Shown piece after piece: positions 20,294 to 29,917 of a stretch of DNA of 64,000 nucleotides. How positions within the stretch are numbered: the first letter of the stretch is position 1; each line of letters starts with the position of its first letter. Position numbers and translations under genes: made by a program. This DNA comes from a bacterium (GTDB lineage: Bacteria; SAR324; NAC60-12). The DNA is taken from contig CBDBHR010000029.1 in NCBI GenBank assembly GCA_965205865.1, forward strand, positions 817,334 to 881,333, in the 5' to 3' direction. The notes beneath the pieces are model-generated. The model searched no databases, was not told the DNA's origin, and saw only the letters and a program-made list of their open reading frames with translations.

Positions 20294-22141
20294 TCATAAT
20301 AATTCAAGCATACGGTTTCGTAACTCGGACACCAGGAAGGGTTTTCCTTGCACTTTGTTGAAAGGAATCGCATCGATCAAGAACTCGGACCTCAATATTT
20401 GACAGAGTTGCCCCAGATTCAACTCAGGGACCAACACTCTTTTATAGTTTTTCAACAAGTCCCCCAAATTTCGTTGCAAAGGGTAAAGATAACGCAAATG
20501 CGCGGAGGCGACTGCTTTTCCTTCAGCTTGTAACGCCTCCACGGCTGAAATGACGGAGCCATAAGTTCCGCCCCAGCTCAAAACGAGGAGGTCCCCCTGT
20601 TTGGGGCCCCGGACTTGAAGAAGGGGAAGATCCCTGGCAATTCCCTTGATTTTAGCCGCCCGGGTGTCGACCATTTTTTGGTGATTGAGAGGATCATAGC
20701 TCACATTTCCGGTCACGCTATCCTTTTCCAAGCCACCCAACCGGTGTTCAAGTCCTGGTGTTCCGGGAACAGCCCAGGCACGCGCCAGAGTTTCCGGGTT
20801 GCGCAGATAAGGCGTGAAGCCTTCGGGATCGGTATGAAAGGTGGGTTCCAAGTTCGGAAGATCTTCGATTTCAGGCAACATCCAGGGCTCCGCGCCGTTT
20901 GCCAAGTAGCCATCACTCAATACCATCACTGGGGTCATGTACTTCAAAGCCAGACGATAAGCTTCCACCATGATATAGAAACAATCTCCCGGGGTTTGCG
21001 GGGCAATCACGACAACCGGACATTCTCCATGTCGACCATTGATAGCCATTAACAGGTCGGCCTGTTCGGTTTTAGTGGGCATGCCCGTGGAAGGCCCGGC
21101 GCGCTGGACGTCTATTACGACCAGCGGCAATTCGGCAGTGACGGCCAGACTGATGCCTTCCCCCTTCAGTAAGATTCCCGGACCGCTGGAAGTCGTTAAG
21201 CCCAAGATTCCACCAAATGCGGCGCCAATGGTCGCGCAAATGGCAGAAATTTCATCCTCGGCTTGAAAGGTTTTGATGCCAAAATTTTGATATCCGGACA
21301 ATTCGTGGAGGATATCGGAAGCCGGCGTAATAGGGTATGACGAGAGCAACAAAGGACGTTTAGCTTGTACAGCGGCTGCCACAGATCCCAGAGCAAGCGC
21401 CTGGTTTCCGGTAATCTGACGATACACTCCTGGAGGCAACGTTGCCGGTTTGACCTTGTAATGCTCGGCAAATTCCATGGTAATGCCATAGTTATAGCCT
21501 GCATCGAGGGCCAATTGGTTGGCTTGCCTGATCAAAGGCAGTTTACTGAATTTGCTCTCAATCCATTTCAGGGTGTGCTCCATAGGGCGATCAAACAACC
21601 AGAAGATCATCCCCAAGGCGAACAGATTTTTACACCGCTCCGCCTGACGCTTGGACAATCCTACCTCCTCCACCGCCTTCAACGTCAAGGAACTCAAAGG
21701 GACTCCATAGACTCGATAATCCTTCAAGGAATCTGATTCGAGGGGATTTTCCGCATAGGTGGCTTTTCTCAAGTCGTTTTCGGAGAAATTGTCGGAATTG
21801 ACAATCAGGATTCCTCCTTTTTTCAAGTCCCGATGATTGACTCGTAAGGCGGCAGGATTCATGGCAACCAGCACATCAACGATATCCCCGATTGTGTAAA
21901 TATCATGATGAGAGAAGCTTACCTGGAATCCGGAAACTCCTGGCAGGGTTCCGGCAGGCGCACGGATTTCTGCAGGAAAATCAGGGAAAGTACTGACATC
22001 ATTGCCGGCCAGTGCGGAAGTGACAGTGAACTGGTCCCCGGTGAGTTGCATGCCGTCTCCGGAATCTCCGGCAAAACAGATAGTGATTGTTTCACGCTCC
22101 TGACGAACCACCGGAGGGCGGGCAAGCACTGTTTGTTCCAT
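20294..22141 (-). CDS. korA: 2-oxoacid:ferredoxin oxidoreductase alpha subunit
   Basis: [37 protein letters not shown]. Confidence 0.92.
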   Translation of the reverse strand: MEQTVLARPPVVRQERETITICFAGDSGDGMQLTGDQFTVTSALAGNDVSTFPDFPAEIRAPAGTLPGVSGFQVSFSHHDIYTIGDIVDVLVAMNPAALRVNHRDLKKGGILIVNSDNFSENDLRKATYAENPLESDSLKDYRVYGVPLSSLTLKAVEEVGLSKRQAERCKNLFALGMIFWLFDRPMEHTLKWIESKFSKLPLIRQANQLALDAGYNYGITMEFAEHYKVKPATLPPGVYRQITGNQALALGSVAAAVQAKRPLLLSSYPITPASDILHELSGYQNFGIKTFQAEDEISAICATIGAAFGGILGLTTSSGPGILLKGEGISLAVTAELPLVVIDVQRAGPSTGMPTKTEQADLLMAINGRHGECPVVVIAPQTPGDCFYIMVEAYRLALKYMTPVMVLSDGYLANGAEPWMLPEIEDLPNLEPTFHTDPEGFTPYLRNPETLARAWAVPGTPGLEHRLGGLEKDSVTGNVSYDPLNHQKMVDTRAAKIKGIARDLPLLQVRGPKQGDLLVLSWGGTYGSVISAVEALQAEGKAVASAHLRYLYPLQRNLGDLLKNYKRVLVPELNLGQLCQILRSEFLIDAIPFNKVQGKPFLVSELRNRMLELL

Positions 22142-22202
22142 TTTTCAAACCTTTAGTAAACCGGCATTATCGTGATGCTAACATGATGGAAAAGCGTTTA
22201 GG

Positions 22203-22679
22203 TCAGGCACCATCAGGAGTTGAGCTGACTTGGCGAGGATCCGGAGGCAGATTATAAACGGCTGCCGGAAAGTAAGCTGCAATATGGCTGATTAAAGCCC
22301 GCACTGTTGCCACTCCCACAATTTTTCCTTCTTCATCCACGATAGGCAACGCCCGGCGATTTTCCATGCGCAACAAATCAATCGTTTCCCGCAAGGTTGT
22401 TGTGAGCATCAATGTTTGGGGATGAGGCGCCATAATGGTTTCGACTGCGTTATTCAAATCAACGTCAGAGAGAGCCAATTTGAGCATGGTGATATGCTGG
22501 TTGAGGATACCCACCGGCTTTCCTCCCTCAACCACTATCGTGGTTTGAATGCCGGAGCCTTCTCTCATTTTTTCGATGGTTTGCAAAATGGAAGTGGATA
22601 TTTCCACAACAACATGAGAGTCCAGTTCTACCTGCCGGAGTTGTTGAGTTTGAAGAATATTTTCAATATCAACTGTCAT
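22203..22679 (-). CDS. Stand-alone CBS-pair protein
   Basis: VVEGGKPVGIL, LPIVDEEGKIVGV; C-terminal NLPPDP. Confidence 0.85.
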   Translation of the reverse strand: MTVDIENILQTQQLRQVELDSHVVVEISTSILQTIEKMREGSGIQTTIVVEGGKPVGILNQHITMLKLALSDVDLNNAVETIMAPHPQTLMLTTTLRETIDLLRMENRRALPIVDEEGKIVGVATVRALISHIAAYFPAAVYNLPPDPRQVSSTPDGA

Positions 22680-22958
22680 AATAAGACGCTAATAGTTAGC
22701 CCCGAAAAGAGTGAAGTTTTCTCTGTTTTATCAAGCCATGCGACAAGCTGCTCTTTTCTATGCAGCATAGAGTTTCCAATTTTTATACATATATTTATCA
22801 AATTTGTCTGCAAAAAAAAATCCATTTGCAAACAACTATTGAGATTGCCAACCTTGGTGAAATCGGAAATGTCCGGAGAAAAAGCTCGCCAGATCGCCGG
22901 ACTCTGTCTTGCCCAAGTTTGATTCGCGCCAGTCAATGGTTTCAGGTAGTTACGGTGC

Positions 22959-23915
22959 TCAGCCGACTTGACCAATGGGCGGAAATCCGTGTTGCTCCCG
23001 ATGGTATTGCGAATCGAAGAATTGCGTGCTTTTGAACCATTCGTAACGACCATCGGAGGCTTCCTTGCTGACACTTTTCAGCAAATTCTTGTGCTCCGCT
23101 TCCAAGATGGACGAAAAGGCGTGAGCAATTTCTATATCTTGTTTCAAATTTTCCAGCGATTCGATGCCGCAGACAAGGGTGCTGATGGGCAAGGATAGGG
23201 CAAAACCCCGGCACTGTTTAGCAGTCAGTCCAAGTTCAGTGATTGGTTGTCCGCGTCCTCCCAGACTTTTCATGCCAATCACCCCAATATTTCGGCGTTT
23301 CAGTTCCGGTAGGGTTTCGTTTTGAAAACTGCGGTAATGGGCGTCAAAAATGTTGATGGGCAACTGACAGGTATCCCAGTCAAAGTTTTTTGCGAGCATT
23401 TTCTTCATGATGTGCGGACTCTTGTGCCCGGTAAAACCGATGAAACGTATCTTTCCGGCCTGTCGTGCCGCCAGTGCCACTTCAAGAGCTCCATCGGCTT
23501 GGAAAATCCACTCAGGATCGTTGTCGTAGTTGATCTCGTGAAATTGCCAGACATCGATGACGTCGGTTTGCAGCCGACGCAGACTGTCGCGCAATTGCGC
23601 CTCGGCCGTTTGCCGGTCGCGCCCACAGACTTTGGTCATCAGCGTAACTTGGTCGCGACGGCCTTTCAGTGCCAATCCCATTCTGCGTTCAGATTCACCT
23701 TGATGGTATTCCCACGCATTGTCCATGAACGTCACACCCGCTTCGATTGCGCTATGTATCAATTGAACTGATGCTTTTTCATCGAGATGAGGACGGATAT
23801 AGTGCGCGCCACCAAAACCGATAATTGAGACCCTCAACCCAGTCTTTCCTAACTCACGGACTGGCATTCCAGCCGCATTTCGTTCCATTTCTTGCGTCAT
23901 TGATTTGCTCTCCAC
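22959..23915 (-). CDS. Aldo/keto reductase
   Basis: LGKTGLRVSIIGFG, DNAWEY, SLRRLQTDVID, GKIRFIGFTGH. Confidence 0.92.
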   Translation of the reverse strand: MESKSMTQEMERNAAGMPVRELGKTGLRVSIIGFGGAHYIRPHLDEKASVQLIHSAIEAGVTFMDNAWEYHQGESERRMGLALKGRRDQVTLMTKVCGRDRQTAEAQLRDSLRRLQTDVIDVWQFHEINYDNDPEWIFQADGALEVALAARQAGKIRFIGFTGHKSPHIMKKMLAKNFDWDTCQLPINIFDAHYRSFQNETLPELKRRNIGVIGMKSLGGRGQPITELGLTAKQCRGFALSLPISTLVCGIESLENLKQDIEIAHAFSSILEAEHKNLLKSVSKEASDGRYEWFKSTQFFDSQYHREQHGFPPIGQVG

Positions 23916-23971
23916 TGTTTTTATTATGAATTTAATTAACGGTTATATTTTTTTCTGCAACTACCAGCATT

Positions 23972-24568
23972 TCAAAACAGCTGACGGCCTGAAAATGCTT
24001 CAATCAACGTCACATCATCCACATATTCCAAATCACCCCCCGCCGGGATTCCCCGCGCCAATCGAGTGATCTTTACAGCTTTTTGCCCAAAAGCTTGCTG
24101 TAGAAACAGAGAAGTTGCTTCTCCTTTGACCGTAGGGTGGGTCGCTAAGATCAATTCCTGTACGTCCCCGCTTTGCAGACGGTGTTTCAATTCCGAAATT
24201 TTGAGCTGCTCCGGTCCTATGCCATCCAAAGGAGAAATTGTCCCCATGAGAACATGATACAATCCGTAATAAACACCGCTTTTTTCGATGGGGAAAACAT
24301 TGTTTGGTTGCTCGACTACGCAAATAATACTGCGGTTGCGAGTTTCATCCCGGCAAATAGGACAGGGATCGGATTCGGTAAAGGAAAAACAAATCGAGCA
24401 ATGGCGTATGCGCCGCTTGACGTCCATAATGGCTTCCGCCAAATTTTTAACTTCATCTTCCGAGTATTGTAATATACCGAATACCAGTCGTAGCGCAGTT
24501 TTTCGGCCAATGCTGGGAAGTTTGGACAGTTCTTGCATGAGACGATCCAGGGATTCCGGGATTTGCAT
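23972..24568 (-). CDS. recR: Recombination mediator RecR
   Basis: LPSIGRKTALR, C4 zinc finger, YHVLMGTISPLDGIGP. Confidence 0.96.
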   Translation of the reverse strand: MQIPESLDRLMQELSKLPSIGRKTALRLVFGILQYSEDEVKNLAEAIMDVKRRIRHCSICFSFTESDPCPICRDETRNRSIICVVEQPNNVFPIEKSGVYYGLYHVLMGTISPLDGIGPEQLKISELKHRLQSGDVQELILATHPTVKGEATSLFLQQAFGQKAVKITRLARGIPAGGDLEYVDDVTLIEAFSGRQLF

Positions 24569-24580
24569 AGTTGTGTTTCA

Positions 24581-25090
24581 TTATTTCTGTTTTGTTTGAG
24601 GAAAATGTTTATCAGCCTGTCGGACATTCGTGATCAAGATACCGGTTGGTTGCGCCTTAACGAATTCAATCCCATTTTCCAGAGGGTCCCATTCGTCCAA
24701 ATAGGGAGTTACCTTTTCTTTGGCTATCAATTCCAAACGGTGCTGGAATTCCCTCTCATTGGCCTTGATTTGTTCCAACAACTGCTCATTCCCCAGCCAC
24801 TTGCGGATAATTTTGTTTTTGATATCCGATATTTTTCCGGACACTTTTTCCAAGATTGCCAGGTTACGCTGGGAGATGGTATATTCGGCACGCGCGTCAA
24901 TGGCCACTTCCACCTCTTCTACAAGCGTACCACATTTATGAATCCTGCCCCCTGGCATCTGCAATTCGGTGTATTCGGTAGCTTGACAAGTGGGGCAATG
25001 CATCCACACAATTATTGCGGGAATGGGTGCTGATTTGTCAGCGATTTCTTTTTTTTGCCGCCATTGTTTGAGATCAATCACCTTGTTCAT
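24581..25090 (-). CDS. Hypothetical protein with putative Zn ribbon
   Basis: 169-aa ORF; HCPTC...HKCG; co-oriented with recR. Confidence 0.7.
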   Translation of the reverse strand: MNKVIDLKQWRQKKEIADKSAPIPAIIVWMHCPTCQATEYTELQMPGGRIHKCGTLVEEVEVAIDARAEYTISQRNLAILEKVSGKISDIKNKIIRKWLGNEQLLEQIKANEREFQHRLELIAKEKVTPYLDEWDPLENGIEFVKAQPTGILITNVRQADKHFPQTKQK

Positions 25091-25273
25091 GCCTGCTCCC
25101 GTTGAAATAGATATGTTTCTATTATAAAGTAATCGCCCGAAAATGCCAAATCAGTAATGACTCGAATTTGCGTTCAACTTGGGTTTTTTCTGGCTTGTCT
25201 GAATGGGCAAGAGACAAGGACTCTTTTCGCGTCCAATTATTAAAGACGTTATTTGCATTCTTAAACAAGAACA

Positions 25274-26230
25274 ATGAAACAGAATTTTTCGAAATTCCTC
25301 CCTCTTTTGATTTTGGGATTGATCTTTTTCTGGATTCCCACTCTTGCCATTGCGGAAGACCGGCAAATCGCAGGGCAGCCTTGGTGGATCTGGCCCATCT
25401 TGCTCTTTGGGCTGACGTTTTTTATCGGAGTTGGTGGAGTAATGGCAGGAATTGGTGGGGGAGTCTTGTTCGTACCGTTTGTCAGCGGATTTTTCCCCTT
25501 TCACATTGATTTTGTGAGAGGAGCCGGATTGATGATTGCATTGGGCAGCTCCCTGGCTGCGGCTCCCAATTTGCTCAAAACAAACGTTGCCAGTCTCAAA
25601 CTAGCTCTGCCTGCGGCATTGATTGCCTCCGGTTTTTCCATCATCGGCGCTCTCAGCGGCCTGTGGTTATCGCAGATCAATCCGGCATATATACAGATCA
25701 GTCTGGGAATTTTGATTTTCCTCATTGTTTTGCTCATGCTTTTTTCCAGTAATACGCTCTATCCGGAGGTCAAATCGGGAAATATTCTCACTGAAGCCCT
25801 GGGACTGAATGGTGTTTTTTATGAACCAACCCTGAATCGTCAAGTATCATGGAGCGTGCATCGAACAGCCAAGGGGTTAATGGCTTTCAGCCTGAGTGGC
25901 TTTCTGTCAGGTATGTTTGGATTAGGTGCAGGTTGGGCCAATGTTCCGATATTCAACCTGATCATGGGGGCTCCCTTAAAAATTTCAGTAGCCACCAGCA
26001 GCTTTGCCCTTTCCATCACCGACACCACGGCAATTTGGATTTACTTCAACCAAGGAGCGATTCTCCCCATTATCGTTATTCCCTCTCTGGCGGGTGTCAT
26101 GATTGGTGGCAAAATCGGAGGACATTTGCTGCCCAAAGTCAATCCCACTCTGACACGAAAATTTGTGATTGGCGTCTTAGCGCTGGCCGCCTTTTGCTCT
26201 TTGCTGAAAGGGATTTGGATTGTGATTTAA
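25274..26230 (+). CDS. Sulfite exporter TauE/SafE family
   Basis: Multi-TM; GIGGGVLFVP, GMFGLGAGWANVP, ATS motifs. Confidence 0.88.
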   Translation: MKQNFSKFLPLLILGLIFFWIPTLAIAEDRQIAGQPWWIWPILLFGLTFFIGVGGVMAGIGGGVLFVPFVSGFFPFHIDFVRGAGLMIALGSSLAAAPNLLKTNVASLKLALPAALIASGFSIIGALSGLWLSQINPAYIQISLGILIFLIVLLMLFSSNTLYPEVKSGNILTEALGLNGVFYEPTLNRQVSWSVHRTAKGLMAFSLSGFLSGMFGLGAGWANVPIFNLIMGAPLKISVATSSFALSITDTTAIWIYFNQGAILPIIVIPSLAGVMIGGKIGGHLLPKVNPTLTRKFVIGVLALAAFCSLLKGIWIVI

Positions 26231-26282
26231 AACTTTATATTTGAAGATATGGTCTGATAATGTTATTATAAATGGAAATCGT

Positions 26283-26696
26283 ATGAAATTGAAATATGAG
26301 AACCTGGAAATTCAACGTCGCTATGCGGAAGTGTTGAGACGGGTCTGTAATTTAGGTCTGGTCTTCCTTTTTCTCACCTTTGCGCTCTATGTACTCGGCA
26401 TTGTCAAACCCCTGATACCCTTGGAATCAATGCCTCAGTATTGGAACCTGCCTCTGCAAGAATTCTTGCTGCAAACCGGCGCCCCCAGAGGTTGGGAATG
26501 GATCGAGCATATCGGAAAGGCCGATTATCTCACCTTCATCGGACTGATCATTCTTGCAGGCGTGACTGGAGTTTGTTACCTCTTATTACTGTTCTTTTTT
26601 GTTAAAACAAGGAAGCTATTGTATATTGTTTTGGTTAGTACGGAGTTTTTATTGATTGCTTTTGCTGCCTCCAACCTTTTCGAATTGGGACATTGA
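26283..26696 (+). CDS. DUF1634-like membrane protein (TauE partner)
   Basis: 3 TM helices, GWEW motif, directly after TauE. Confidence 0.6.
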   Translation: MKLKYENLEIQRRYAEVLRRVCNLGLVFLFLTFALYVLGIVKPLIPLESMPQYWNLPLQEFLLQTGAPRGWEWIEHIGKADYLTFIGLIILAGVTGVCYLLLLFFFVKTRKLLYIVLVSTEFLLIAFAASNLFELGH

Positions 26697-26717
26697 TCAG
26701 CAAAATCCGGAGCCGTC

Positions 26718-27890
26718 ATGAGTGATGTAACCAGCATGAAAACCGCATTCAGAGAAGGGTATACGACTTTATTTGGTCGGCAATGGCCCTATTGGGTGGC
26801 AGGTATTTTGCTTGGAGGGATCAATGTATTCATGTTTGCTTACGCACGTCCCTGGAGTTCGGCGGATGGCATCAGAAATTGGGGAGATTGGTTTTATAAG
26901 ACAATCGGAGCATCTGATCAAATCATCATCGATCCCCATCTTTACTCCACCTCCGTGCTCAACTTTGGTTTGATTGTCGGAAGCATGGCTGCTGCTTTGT
27001 TTGCCAGGCAGTTTGCTGTGCGGATCGCTCCTTTTCGTGAGCTTCTCAAAGGGTTAGTCGGAGGAACTTTGATGGGAATTGGCTCCAGCCTTGCCTTTGG
27101 TTGCAACATCGGGGGATTTTTCAGCGCCACCAGCGCCTTGTCTCTATCAGGACCCACCATGATGCTGGGATTGCTCATGGGGGCGGTTATCGGACTAAAA
27201 TTGCTCATTTGGGAAGTTGAATTCCTACCTGCTTCTACTGCCTCTCCTTCACGGCCTGCCTCTACAAAGCAGAGGCAGAGACAACCGGCAATAGCGGTCG
27301 TTCTTCTTCTTCTGGCCACGATCATAGTCTTCCTGTACGATGGCTTCGAGTATCAAGAGCGGGCAGGGTTGCTGTTTTTTGGTTTGCTGATCGGCATTGT
27401 TATGCAACGTTCCCAATTTTGTTTTGTACGCGCTTTTCGCGAGCCTTTTATGACAGGACAGGGTGATGCTACCAAAGCAGTCGCCTTAGCTATCATCATA
27501 AGCGTCAGTGGTTTTAGTATTTTAAAATGGACAGATCTACGAGAATGGGATACAATGGTATCTTCCGGATTCTGGATTGGTAGTCTGATCGGAGGAATCG
27601 TTTTCGGAATCGGCATGTCCTTTGCGGGAGGGTGCGGTTCAAGCTGCATTTGGAGAGCAGGGGAAGGCCATGTGAAGTTGTGGCTGGCTCTGTTGACTTT
27701 TTCGTTGGTCGGCTCTTATTTCAGAGGATGGCTTGACGAGAGCGGCTGGCTGATGAAATTAGGAACCCAGGTATTTCTGCCTGACGTCATGGGTTGGAAA
27801 CTGGCATATCTTACCATCATCGCCATCATGCTGCTTTGGTACTTGGTAGCAAGTTGGAATGAAATCAAGGGGAAACTGATCATTTCTTGA
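26718..27890 (+). CDS. YeeE/YedE sulfur-compound (thiosulfate) transporter
   Basis: GCNIG, SQFCF, GGCGS motifs; multi-TM. Confidence 0.9.
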   Translation: MSDVTSMKTAFREGYTTLFGRQWPYWVAGILLGGINVFMFAYARPWSSADGIRNWGDWFYKTIGASDQIIIDPHLYSTSVLNFGLIVGSMAAALFARQFAVRIAPFRELLKGLVGGTLMGIGSSLAFGCNIGGFFSATSALSLSGPTMMLGLLMGAVIGLKLLIWEVEFLPASTASPSRPASTKQRQRQPAIAVVLLLLATIIVFLYDGFEYQERAGLLFFGLLIGIVMQRSQFCFVRAFREPFMTGQGDATKAVALAIIISVSGFSILKWTDLREWDTMVSSGFWIGSLIGGIVFGIGMSFAGGCGSSCIWRAGEGHVKLWLALLTFSLVGSYFRGWLDESGWLMKLGTQVFLPDVMGWKLAYLTIIAIMLLWYLVASWNEIKGKLIIS

Positions 27891-28021
27891 GTCATGTCTT
27901 TGCTGTCTCTCTTTTGATCAGTAGAATTATTAAATGAAGCAGTTCTGGAACAAGTTGATCTGAGTCAATCTCAAAAAGGGTGAATGTCGCTCTTGTCTTT
28001 CATCACTGGGAAAGGGAAAAT

Positions 28022-29341
28022 ATGAAAAAAAAATTCAGTCTATATTCAATCTTTTTAATCGTGCTCTTATGCTTTGCCGCAAACAGCGCGATGGCCGGTA
28101 AAAAATTTGGCGCTCCTACCGAAGGAATGACAAGTGCCGAGTATCAGAATTTGGTTTTCCTCGATCCTCAAAATACGGTCCGCATGGACTGGGATGCGGT
28201 GCGTAACCTGTCGGGGTATTTTTTCATAGACAATCAGGGAGAACCCACGGTTTCCGTCGTGGATTACTTCCAAGAAAAAACGATCAAAAAAATCGATATG
28301 GGAGAGAATGGGAACCATCATATTTTTGTGATTCCAGGAGCTCGATACGTCTACTCTTCCCAGCGTTATGAAAAAGATGTAATCTGGGTCATTGATCTGT
28401 TGACACTGGAGGTGGCCAAAAAAATCCATTTGAGCCGAGGTGGCAAACAAGTGATTGCCCCTCTGCACATTGGCTTTGCTTACACCCAAGCGCTGGCTGT
28501 TACGGGAAATATTCTCGATAAAGAACATGGATATTTGACTTTCATAAACACTGCCACCCACGAAACAGATAGCATTGTGGAATTGACGTGCCATGGCGCT
28601 CGTGATGCCATGTTCACTCTGGACGATTCCAAAGTTTTTACGAGTTGTCAACAAGAGCCGAAAGGAATGGCAGTTGTCGACGTTCAGAAAAGAAAACAGA
28701 TCAAAATAGTACCTCTCAAGGGCAGTAGAACCGGAGCCATGACACCTGATGGTCAATATTATATCGTCGGAGCCTCCGGAGCATTTCATATTTTTGATAC
28801 CGGTACCACTGAGTTGGTCAGATCTATCGAAGTGCCGGGCGGGGCTGGAAATGTGACCTGTCTCAAAGATAGTTCCAAATGCTATGGCGGTTTGAGAAAA
28901 GCAAAGGCTGTGGCAGTGTTGGATATGAAGAAGCTGGAGTTGATCAAAACAATCGAGACCGGTCCTGATGCCAACAGGCTTTATTTAAACCCCGCCAATC
29001 CTCGTTATGGAATTTTTGCCAATGAAGGTGGTAAGTCCGATTTCGTCACTGTCATTGACACGGTGGCCGATGTTGCGATGAAAAACATCTACACAGGTCT
29101 GGGACCGCACAACGTAGCGTTCAATCCTGCAGGAACCCATGCGATTGTTTCCACCAAAAAAGAGCCGGTGGCCACCCTGATAGATACGTCATCAGCCAAT
29201 CCTATGGATTGGGAGACTCTCACCACTGATATCGATTCAGGTATCCAAAACAATGGGGTCCGCTGGGTTCCCCATCCGGATGAGTTGAAACAATTGTTGG
29301 GAATGGTGGTGACGAAGGAACTTATCCTGGCGAGTAAATAA
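28022..29341 (+). CDS. Secreted YVTN/YncE-type beta-propeller protein
   Basis: Signal peptide; repeated V.ID..T..V.K.I blades, GPHNVAFNP. Confidence 0.8.
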   Translation: MKKKFSLYSIFLIVLLCFAANSAMAGKKFGAPTEGMTSAEYQNLVFLDPQNTVRMDWDAVRNLSGYFFIDNQGEPTVSVVDYFQEKTIKKIDMGENGNHHIFVIPGARYVYSSQRYEKDVIWVIDLLTLEVAKKIHLSRGGKQVIAPLHIGFAYTQALAVTGNILDKEHGYLTFINTATHETDSIVELTCHGARDAMFTLDDSKVFTSCQQEPKGMAVVDVQKRKQIKIVPLKGSRTGAMTPDGQYYIVGASGAFHIFDTGTTELVRSIEVPGGAGNVTCLKDSSKCYGGLRKAKAVAVLDMKKLELIKTIETGPDANRLYLNPANPRYGIFANEGGKSDFVTVIDTVADVAMKNIYTGLGPHNVAFNPAGTHAIVSTKKEPVATLIDTSSANPMDWETLTTDIDSGIQNNGVRWVPHPDELKQLLGMVVTKELILASK

Positions 29342-29435
29342 AAGTTTGTCTCCTTGCCCCCTCTTCTCCCGGAAACAGGGCGGGGAGGGGTTTTTCACAA
29401 GTTCCTATTCAATCATGCAGTACGGAGGAAGAACG

Positions 29436-29915
29436 ATGAAATCAGAAAATGTCATCACAAGAAGAAAATTCTTGCAGTACGCGGCCATTGGAGGAATGGC
29501 AGTCCCGGTATTTTCCAACTTGGTAATGCCCAATGCGGTACAAGGGGCTGTGACTCGTGAAATTTTCCGTTTCCCTCGAGATCTGAAGAATCTGACTGAT
29601 GCGCAGCGCATGCATCTTCCCAAGGTCACTATGCCTCCCGTCGTTGAAGATGGCAGTCAGGCGCCGATTGTGGTGGAAATGGATCATCCGATGGACCCGG
29701 ACCACTATATCAGGAGTATCCAAATAGTCAGTTTTAATGATCCTGTCGTGAATAAGGGGCAGTTTTACTTCACTCCCGCCAATGGTGAAGTTTACCTGGG
29801 CACCCAAATTCGCTTGGATGGTGGTGAGAGTACCGTATGGGTCATTGCCGAGTGTAACCAGGACGGTCTGTTTGCAATCAGTAGATCCGTCAAGGTGGCT
29901 GCCGGGGGATGCTAG
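29436..29915 (+). CDS. soxY: Tat-exported SoxY-like sulfur carrier with SOR-like His motifs
   Basis: TRRKFL Tat motif; P.VVEDG..PIVV; C-terminal VKVAAGGC. Confidence 0.75.
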   Translation: MKSENVITRRKFLQYAAIGGMAVPVFSNLVMPNAVQGAVTREIFRFPRDLKNLTDAQRMHLPKVTMPPVVEDGSQAPIVVEMDHPMDPDHYIRSIQIVSFNDPVVNKGQFYFTPANGEVYLGTQIRLDGGESTVWVIAECNQDGLFAISRSVKVAAGGC

Positions 29916-29917
29916 TG

